From the NCBI RefSeq assembly GCF_036321535.1, contig NC_087437.1:61754001-61818000 (forward strand): a stretch of DNA of 64,000 nt, written 5' to 3'. Source of the DNA: Camelus dromedarius (lineage: Eukaryota). Shown here in pieces: positions 54,495-64,000 of this stretch (its first letter is position 1; each line of letters begins with the position of its first letter). Position numbers and translations under genes: made by a program. The notes under the pieces are model-generated. The model searched no databases, was not told the DNA's origin, and was given only the letters and a program-made list of their open reading frames with translations.

Positions 54495-56757
54495 TTTTTT
54501 TTGGTATATATATATTTTATTGAAGTATAGTCAGTTTACAATATTGTGTCAATTTCTGGTGTACAGCATAATTCTTCAGTCATAAATGAACATATATTTG
54601 TTTTCATAAGAATTAAGAATATTCACAATGTTGCTACGATTTATGTCATAGACTATTCTGCCTATGTTTTCTTCTAGGAGTTTTATGGTTTCAAGTCTTA
54701 CATTTAGGTCTTTAACCCATTATGAGTTTATTTTTTGCATATGATGTGAGGAAATGTTCTAATTTCATTTTCGTTTTTCCAGCACTACTTATTGAAGAGA
54801 CTGTCTTTTCTCCATGTATATTCTTGACTCCTTTGTCGTACATTAATTGATGCCTTTGTCATAGGTGTGTGGGTTTATTTCTGGGCTCTCTATTCTGTTC
54901 CATTGATCTATGTGTCTGTTTTTGTGCCAGTATCATGCTGTCTTGATTACGGTAGCTTTGTAATATACTCTGAAGTCAGGTATCTGTGATACCTTCCAGA
55001 TATTTTTTCTTCTTTTTTCTCAAGATTGCTTTGGCAGTTCTTTTGTGGCTGCACATAAATTTTAGGAATTATTGTTCTAATTCTGTGAAAATGAGACCTA
55101 ATTAAACTTAAAAGTGTTTGCACAACAAAGGAAATCATCAACAAAATGAAAAGACAACCTACTGAATGGGAGAAAATATTTGCAAATGATATGACCTATT
55201 AGGGGTTAATACCCAAAATATATAAACTGCTCATATAACTCAATATCAAAAAACAAACAACTCAATTAAAAATGGGCAGAAGAATTAAATAGACTTTTTT
55301 CCAAAGAAGACATTCAGATGGCTAACAAGCACATGAAAAGATGCTCAGCATCGCTAATGATCAGAGAAATGCAAATCAAAACCACAATGAGATATCACCT
55401 CACACCTGTCAGAATTGCTATCATCAAAAAGTCTACAAATAGAAATAAACCCACAAACTTGTGGTCAATTAATCTTTGACAAAGGAGGCAAGAACATACG
55501 ATGGAGTAAGGACAGTCTCTTCAGCAAATGGTGTTGGGAAAACTGGACAGCTGCATGTAAATCAGTGAAGTTAGAATACTCCCTCACACCATACACAAAA
55601 ATAAACTCAAAATGGCTTAAAGACTTAAACCTAAGACAAGATACTATAAACCTCTTAGAAGAAAACATAGGCAAAACATTATCTGACATAAATCTCAGCA
55701 ATGTTCCCCTAGGGCAGTCTACCTAGGCAATAGGAATAAAAGCAAAAATAAACAAATGGGACCTAATTAAACTCATAAGCTTTTGCACAGCAAAGGAAAC
55801 CATAAGCAAAACAAAAAGACAGCTTATGGAATGGGAGAAAATATTTGCAAAAGATGAGACTGACAAGGGCTTAATTTCTAGAATATGTAAATAGCTCATA
55901 CAACTTAATAAGAAAAAAAAACCCAATCTAAAAATGGGCAAAAGACCTAAACAAGCAATTCTTCAACGAAGACACACGAAAAAATGCTCAATATTGCTAA
56001 TTATCAGAGAAATGCAAATCAAAGCTACATGAGGTATCACCTCACACCAGTCAGAATGGCTGTCATTCAAAAGTCCACAAACGATAAATGCTGGAGAGGG
56101 TATGGAGAAAAGGGGACCCTCCTACACTGCTGGTGGAAATGCAACCATTATGGAAAACAGTATGGAGATTCCTTAAGAAACTAACAATAGACTTAACATA
56201 CGATCCAGCAATCCCACCCCTGTGCATATGTACAGAAGGAACCTTATTTCAAAAAGACACATGCACCTCAATGTTCATAGCAGCACTATTTACAATAATC
56301 AAGACATGGAAACAACCTAAATGTCCATCAACAGATGACTGGATAAAGAAACTGTGGTATATTTATGCAGTGGAATACTACTCAGCCCTTAAAAAGAATA
56401 AAATAATGCCATTTGCAGCAACATGGATGGACCTGAAGATTGTCATTCTAAGTGAAGTAAGCCGGAAAGAGAAAGAAAAATACCATATGATGTCACTTAT
56501 ATGTGGATCTTAAAAAAAAAAGAAAAGAAAAGAAAATGAACTTATTTACAAAACAGAAACAGACTCCCAGACATAGAAAACAAACTTATGGTTACCAGGG
56601 TGGGAAGGGGGTGAGAAGAGAGTTTGAGATTTGCAGATACTACTATGCATAAAATAGATAAACAGCAAGTTTCTATTGTATCACACAGGGAACTATATTC
56701 AATATCTTGTAATAACCTGTAGTGAAAAAGAATATGAAAACAAATATATGTATGTCC
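54495..56757. mobile_element. Rearranged L1 cluster (antisense 54495-55090; sense 55090-55440 and 55440-56757)
   Basis: ORF2 peptides in ORFs 55415..55726 and 56088..56513. Orientation switches near 55090. Confidence 0.9.
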
Positions 56758-58226
56758 ATTCTGCCTCACAGAAGACAAAGAGGAGGAGAAGGTGTCACCA
56801 AGAGTGAGTCCACTGGTCAACACACCATAGGAATCCAAGGTCCCCTCTCACCCCTAGCAAGATCCCTGTAATAGCAGAAAAAAATGTAGCAGATTATCAA
56901 ACTCAGGTAGATGCCTCCTCTTAATGTCTATGTGCCTGCCCTAACCCTGCATACTATAAGAGCTGCCCTTCCCTGGGGCAGAGGAGGGACCTGGCAAGAC
57001 AAGCCAAACTGCCCAAGCCATGTCTAGGTCACCTTGAAGCAAGATAAGCAAGGCTTCAACTGTGTTTCCCTGAGTACAGAACAAAAGGGCAGGGATGAGA
57101 TTAACCATCAGGGAAAAGTTAATTGCTCCCCTCCCCTATGTTTGCTTATAAATGCTATTATAGCACTCATGATTTTGTCTTGTTGTTGTTTCTTTCTATG
57201 CCTGTCTTTCCCGATAGTGAGCAACTTGTAGTCGGGGAGCTTTTTATGTAACACAAGAAAAATATGAATACATTTTCTGTGTTAGATAAAAATAAAAACA
57301 TGACAGAGAAGGCTGAGGTCCTCTCTGACCCTCTTTTTGTTTAGCACCCCAATCCCAGTTCTCACCCAGGGGGTAACCTTAGTTAGCAGGATGAAGGTAG
57401 ATATTTTTTCTATTTATTTCACTGAATGGGTGTCATATACATACTTAGCTTACACAAATTCAATTTTAGCCAAAACAGAACAAAACAAGCAAAACTCTGA
57501 GAGAGAAATCGCAGTTTAACTAGGACCATTCCGCAGAAAGTCAACGGCCTGGAGAAGTGTGGGATGAATGACAGAACCCCTCAGTTAAACCCAGGTCCCT
57601 CTGCTGTCTGGGTGCTTCTCATACTGTGATCATTTCACCACCTTTAGGGATGGTTTTAAATATTTTCAAGGATATTTCCAATAATACTTGATTTTTGCCT
57701 TAGACATTAACTTTTGGACCCAATCCCTGTAACGGTTGCACTATGTGCACTCACTTAGGCTCCATGACACACCATGCTATGAAATGCAAGACCTGAAATG
57801 CAGTGATAAAGTTCACTCCTCAATTAAGACCCACAAGATGGAGGCTGCCCCGTGCTACACCCAAGTCAGCAGCACTTACGGAAACGCCTCACTGTCCAAG
57901 GAAACCTAACACCCAGCTCAACCCTCCATCTCAGCTGTAGCTGGTTTACCTGACCCTAGAGAAATAGGACCTCCTAGCCAGCTACGCCCTGTTTCTGCAC
58001 TGCCAGCGTCTAATGCAAAAATCACTCAGGCCCAAAATCCCGGGGAAGAGGGTCCACTGCCTGGGAGGCACTGTATTTCCCCAGTCTGTGGATCACTTTC
58101 CCTTGAATAAAGGAAGGACATCAAACCAACTTGTTTTAGATTTGTCATTTAACAATAGGGATGAATACCCTGTAATATTTCAGGATAAAGGAAAGGAAAG
58201 AAGGAAGGATCCTGGGATGGTGGTAC

Positions 58227-58365
58227 CTTACAAAAGAAGAAAATTCTGGCTAGAGATTATTCTGGGTCATGGTATTTCTGACTTTGCTGAGATGGTATTT
58301 GGAAGGAACCACCACTCTGCTTATGTGTGATGTGAGTCTTAAACGGTGGCCGTTTGGGGTCTATC
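58227..58365 (-). pseudogene. Possible heavily eroded exon-3 equivalent of the GPD1-family pseudogene
   Basis: gaag|...VVVP...AAG|gtacca. Length 139 nt versus about 141, with VVP at the expected spacing from both ends, but little other identity. Confidence 0.3.
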
Positions 58366-58571
58366 CTTCAGAGCAGGAAGTGTGAGTTTTTGGTTCTGAA
58401 CATAGCACCATGCTAATAGTGCCTCCATCAGCAGGAAATACCAGTGGGCTGTCTGTGTGAATTCCGTGATTTCAAAATGTACTTTCCTTTCCATAGATGG
58501 ACTTTGAAGGGAACCAGCTTGGCTGTATTTCTTCTCAAGACCAGGGGAACTCTGGGTCTTACTTCCCTCAT

Positions 58572-58746
58572 GACACTCTTGGAGATCTGGTCTCCTGGCA
58601 GGCACTTCAGGTTTTCAGGGCCCTGGTTGATAGTTGCTATCAAATCTCTCCTACCCATTGCTCTTCCTTAACCCAGAGTTTTACTTTACTGTCAGATTTA
58701 TTGTTTTTTGGATATTCAGGGCAATGATCTCTGCAATGGGAATTCA
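58572..58746 (-). pseudogene. GPD1-family pseudogene, exon-2 equivalent
   Basis: Joined frames read PIAEIIALNIQK/NKSDSKVKLWVKEEQ/GRRDLIATINQGPENLKCLPGDQISKSV versus GPD1 [57 protein letters not shown]. Length 175 nt versus about 178. Acceptor is caa after a pyrimidine tract; donor is atgagg. Confidence 0.85.
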
Positions 58747-59887
58747 TTGCAAAGGAGAAGAGGAAAAGTGGATGGCTGATTCTTATGATGTTAAAGATTG
58801 TCCTGGAAAAAATAAAAATAAAAAGGTTGTCCCAGAGTTGGCACAACCAGCTCAGAACTGCCAGATAATTCCCCATCAGATCCAGCCTTCCGCAGGAAAC
58901 AGCTGCATTAAGGGAACATCCTAGCTCCTGCCCAGCTGTTCCTGGGACAGGCAGAGCAGAGCTCAGACCATATAGGTAAGTACCCATTGTATAAGCCTTT
59001 TAAGTCCAGCAAGGTCATCAAAACGAGAGTTGTTCATCCCTTCTGAGCAGGATAGAAAATGGGGATTAGAAGTGCAACTAGAAATAATCTAATCCAGTCA
59101 TGTCATTTTAGATTTTTTTCCAATCCATTCAATTTACAAATGAGGAATTTGAGGCTCCAAAAGGGGAAGTGTTGGTTTAGGATCACACATTCATATTAGT
59201 GGCAGAGGGGGAATGAGAACTCAGGTCTTCTGACTTCTAATTCAGTGTTTGTTCCTCAACACTGTGCTTTGGAAACATTGGGGGAACTAAAATTAAACCT
59301 TGTTTTTTATCACCAGACTTAGGAACCTTTAATATGCTGGAAGTTTTCGGACTTTCCCAGACTTTTTTTGATCAGATTACTTTTTTAATGCAGTGTCTAT
59401 TTACATTCTCCAAAAGAAGATTAGAGGATTCCTCATAATGGCTCAGGAAGTGCTGCACTACACCATGCCGTTACTGTTAAGAGCCACACCAAATAATTAT
59501 TTACATACAATCCCTTCGATCCATGTTATGCAGCGCTGATGCTGAAACACAGGATAATCAACCAATGGTAAACATCATCAGTCATTCTAAAGATCAGCCA
59601 TGAGCTCTGCATCTCAAAATGCTGAAGAATGTGTGGTGGGGGAGGGGAACGTGGGCAGGGCAAGGGCTAATGGTCAGCTCTTCTCTGACGTGCAGTCCCT
59701 CCAGCATATCAGATTTTGGGCTGGTCAGTCTTCATCCAACATGCATGGGTTGTGCTTCTGAGATGTGTCCTAGATCCTTGCCCTCAAGGGGATCACAGTC
59801 TAGTGGGGGAGCCAACACATAAAGGAGTGAGAACTGTGATAATGTGATGACACGGACATGTACGAGACAAAGTTAAAATACGGAGGC

Positions 59888-60028
59888 GTGGGGAGGGTAT
59901 GGCTCAAGTGGTAGAAAGCATTCTTAGCATGCATGAGATCCTGGGTTCAATCTCCAGTACTTCCTCTAAGAATAAATAAATAAGTAAACCTAATTACCTC
60001 TCCCACCAAAGGGGGAAAAAAAAAAAAA
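59888..60028 (+). mobile_element. tRNA-derived SINE (camelid Vic-1-like)
   Basis: gggagggtatggctcaagtggtaga...cttagcatgcatgagatcctgggttcaatctccagtac head, then aataaataagtaaacctaattacctc and an A tail. Confidence 0.9.
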
Positions 60029-61143
60029 GAGTACTGAGGAGGGAGAGAGTGAAGTTAGGCCTGGAGAAAGTGGCAGGGGCAGGGGCTGAAACAACTTCCC
60101 AGAGGGATCCTTCCACAGATTGTTGAAGGCCAAGTAGGAGCTCACTGGATGGCTGAATGCGGTGAGGAACAGAAGACAGTATGTACAAAGGCAGAGAGGG
60201 GAGGAATGTGGGTGTGGGACAGCGTGGGTAACTGAGTATTGTGGGTGGAAAGGAGGAGCGTTACGGGGTTATCTGGCCGGGAGCTGGGTATGAAGAGCCC
60301 TCTGCACTATGTTGAAGTGTTTGGACTTTATCTGTGAATAGTGAAAGGAGTTAGCCCAGTCTCACTCCATAAATACCAACCATTCTGTGGAGGGTCAGCT
60401 ACCCCCTCAGGTCAGACTAAGATTCCAAATTGCTGTGTCAACAGACGGCATTGTAAGTGTGGGGCCTCAGAGAGTGAGGGTGGCTGGGACCAAGTTTCAC
60501 CATAGCCTTTTCTGCCACATAAAATTTAAAAATGGAAGCTACCCACAGCCTCCAGAAGCTACACTTTTCGAGATGGAAGAATTTAGTGTCAAATCCATCC
60601 TCATAAAGTTAAGATAACTTAGACTCTGAGGAGTGAGGTGATATACCCAAAGGTATCAGCAGTAGAACCAGGATGAGACCGCATGCGTCCTACACCTAAA
60701 ACCAGGGGTTATTTTTGACTGCAGTTAAGTTATCCAAGCCAAGAGGAGCTTATCATCAAGCTTGTGCCTGTTGATTCAACCCATTTATTCACTCTCTCCT
60801 GTAAACTTGGTTTTAGAGACTGAGGATTCATGGATGACAAATACCTGGTCCTTGTTCTGGAGGAGCCCAAGTCAAAGGTGAGGCTATTAGGCCAGGGGAG
60901 GCCCTGGTGGCTCCGGGGACTGATGGTATGCTGGCTGAAACAGAATGGTCCTTACATAGCTAGTTTCAGATGATCATTGTGTAAATATGGGCTTCAGGTT
61001 GCCTATCTAGAGAGAGGCCAGGAATTGAGATTTTTGAGTAAAATGTTCTGATTTTTAAAGCACTATAAGGGACAAACAACATGTATCTGCAGATTAGCTT
61101 GACCTGCTGCTGCCATTTTGTGACTCCTGTTCTAGGTAATTAC

Positions 61144-61193
<50 letters not shown>

Positions 61194-61199
61194 ATATAT
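61144..61199. repeat. (TA)n microsatellite
   Basis: Seen directly. Confidence 0.9.
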
Positions 61200-64000
61200 G
61201 ATCCTCCAGTGGCCTTGTTAAAAATACAAAATTCTTGGCTACATCTCAAGATATCTGGAAGCAATAGGCCTGGGTTGGGGCCCTTTAATCTCTGCTTAAC
61301 AGAAACACCTCCAGTGCAGTTGGTCCACAGATCACACTTTGGGACCCCTGATCTAGCTGTCGTGTTTCCTACTTAGAAGCTTTCATCTCATCCTCGCTTA
61401 ATCTTGGGTCCCAGAGGATTCATGCAGCTGATTCGACTGCACTGTAGTTTAGTTTGGAAACACTGTTCTGGAGGCCAAGCCTCACACGTTCAGTCCATTT
61501 CAGTGATGGCAAGCATCCCATGCAAACTCAAAGAACAGTAGAGACAAACACAGGAAAAGGGCAGAGGTGTATAGATAGTTTGCAGGAGGATGGAGACAGA
61601 GAGAAAGCCAGGGTAGGATGGGGAAGAAGAACTCAGGAGGTTGACTTAACTGCTGCATCACAACCATTCGCTGGGGCTGTGGTCATCAGAAGAATCACCC
61701 TCTATTACACACTGACTACAATCCCTGTTCCTAGCTCTTTAATTGTTTATCTAATTAGACACTTGCTCTACTAGGAGATGGCTCAGGAGCCTATTAGAGG
61801 AAAAGTGATTTTCTGGGTTGCAGCAACACATCTTCCTCCCACCCTGTAGACTATCTGATTTAAACTTTCACCTAAGAGTAGCTGATTGGGGCCATTTTGG
61901 AGTCTCAGCAGGGCACAGGCTTCAAGGGCACATGCTGCTTCTTTGCAGGGCATAGGCTTCAAGGGGAAGAGTGTAGGTCATTTGAAAAGCCCCTGCGTAC
62001 CACGCCAGCCCCCTCCACACCTACCACCCAGAAATCCTGACTTTGTGGATCTTACACTCAGTGCTGTTTCCTTTCTCCATGCCTTTGCTTGTGCTGCCCC
62101 TTCCCAGTGCCTGGGATGCAGTCTATCCCTTTTCAACCCTCCTTTATCAGCTCAGTGCTTACTGGTTCATCAACTAAAATCCTCCTGACTCCCAGGCTGG
62201 TCAAGTTCCACTATCTGTGCTCCCACGATGCCCTTTCCACACAGGTATCACTCCTTAACCACACTGGATTATATAATTCATTTAGAGATCATCCTTGTCT
62301 TTGGACTGGAGCTCTTGAGTGCAGGGCTACCTCTTATTCATTTCAGTGTTTCTAGAGTTTATTCCAGTGCCTGGCACAAAGCAGAAGCTCAGTAAACATT
62401 TATTGAATAAATGAGGTTTAACCACTTGGAAGCTGAATAGCCTTGGCAAGTCACATAGCCTTCTGGTGTCTAAGATTTTATCTGCACAATAAGGTAATGA
62501 AACCTCATCCCTACAGCTGTTATGAGAATTAAATGAGATAATATACATAAAAGCGTTTAGCAACACATGGCTGTTAGGAAGTGGCCAATAATTTTTTAAG
62601 CTAAAAGAAGATTCGAGTAGTTATCTGTTCCAGCCTCCTGCTTTTATCATCATAAAAAACCATGAAACTAGTCTCCTCATGCTGCAGGATCTAAATACCC
62701 TTTTACATTAAAGGAAGAAGATGGAAATATGCACTAGATTGGGTTTCAGTCCAAGAACAACCCTCTCAAGGGCCAGTTCTCCTGAGTGCGCTCTGCTTGG
62801 GCCACACCTAAGTAGGTGAGCAGATTTTGCATATGAAACCAAGTCAAGTACTCCTTTTACCGAGACTCTTGTGAAACAGTAAACACCCCAGACTTCCACT
62901 ACTCTCTAAATCAGGAGGGAAAATGAAACAATCAATGGTCCCAGACTGACTATGTTCCAAAGATAGGATGTTATTTGTAAACTCTCACTCATCGATCTGT
63001 TTTACTTCCCACCTTTAAGAAAACCATCCGTTTGCCTTTGTAATTAGGAGTAAAGAAAGAGTGAACAGGCATAGCAGAGAGGAAGAAGGCAAGCTGGATA
63101 AACTGGCTGTTGTTTCATTGTAATGACTGAAGTAAAATAAAATCAACATATCCTGTGTCTTTTATACACTTATATTAGCCCTTGAAATAAGGGTAAAAGC
63201 TATGGAAGGTCTTAATATATGGATATATGAGCTTCCCCAAGTCTCATTTAAGACTAGAAGTTTGCCTTTTTAAAGGCAAACCAAAGGAAGCTGCACAAAC
63301 CCAGAGGGTAGAGGACCCATCCTCAGGGGGAAAGTCTGTGGACCTCTTGATTCAATCTACTTCAACATGTATTTACTGCCTACTTTTTTGGTCCAGGCAC
63401 TGTACTAAGAGCTGGGAAGACATATCAATAAGCCACAGTGCTTGTCCAGAAGGCTCTCCTAGGCTGGGGGACCCCTTCCTAAATGATGTCCAGTTCTATG
63501 GATGTGCCGAGTGGGGATGACATATGTGGCAGCTCCCCTCCTGTGCCCACACTCATTCCCACTCAGCCCTGATGCAGTCTCAGAATTGTTCTCAACATAG
63601 CACATCTGACTGACCACCTGGCTGAGTTGAATCTATCACTACAGTTGGTAGAGTATGGGCTTTGGGAACAGGCAATTCTAAATCCAAATGCCAGCTCCAG
63701 CACATAACTAATTGTGTGGTCTTGAGAAAAATCCCTTATCACTTCTTGAGCTTCAGTTTCCTCCTCTGCAGAATGGGACAGTCTTCACCACAATACTGGA
63801 AGGTTGGCACTATTGTTGTCCCCATTTGAAAGGTGGGAACACTGAGGCACAGATAGGGTAAGTAACTTGCCCAAGATCAAAAATAGGAAGGAGAGCCAGA
63901 ATTCAAAGCCAGAAGTCTATTTCGGAGCCCGTTCTGGTCACTGCTGGGCTACTCTTCTCTTAGGCTGGTCAGATGTTCTCTAGGTACCAGGAAGCACAAA

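Noticed and set aside
36520..58746. Processed (retro-) pseudogene or functional gene explanation for the GPD1-like sequence
   Set aside because: The segments are kilobases apart and end at intron positions, so it is not processed. Frameshifts, a stop and mutated splice sites show it is not functional.
58846..58900. Possible exon 1 (VCIVGSGNW) of the GPD1-like fossil
   Set aside because: Only vague resemblance (ggaattatctggcagttctgagctg|gt). No GxGxW motif is recoverable without several edits.
59888..59960. tRNA-like sequence (also at 42532-42605)
   Set aside because: Degenerate, followed by a shared SINE body and A-rich tail. These are SINE heads, not tRNA genes.
1..64000. CRISPR arrays, operons or other prokaryotic systems
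   Set aside because: The sequence is mammalian (spliced gene, L1/SINE content), and no regularly spaced repeat-spacer array was seen.

Overview
Mammalian genomic DNA, most likely a camelid (two tRNA-derived SINEs match my recollection of the camelid Vic-1 family). The left half holds the last eight coding exons of LMLN (leishmanolysin-like/invadolysin, peptidase M8) on the + strand (1046-28438). All splice sites are GT-AG, the frame is continuous, and a long 3'UTR probably extends to about 33.3 kb. The main discovery is on the - strand downstream of LMLN: fossil exons of an intron-containing, disabled glycerol-3-phosphate dehydrogenase (GPD1-family) gene. Equivalents of exons 2, 5 and 8 lie at 58572-58746, 37958-38070 and about 36520-36609, in the right order and with GPD1-type boundaries, but with frameshifts, a stop codon and mutated splice sites. 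This looks like a lost third GPD1 paralogue. Further unexplained exon-like segments lie inside it. The rest is L1, SINE, MIR, LTR and DNA-transposon debris, including TSD-flanked composite L1 insertions suggestive of 3' transduction and a half-L1 (HAL1)-like element. Repeat subfamily names and reference protein sequences are recalled from memory, not from a database search.
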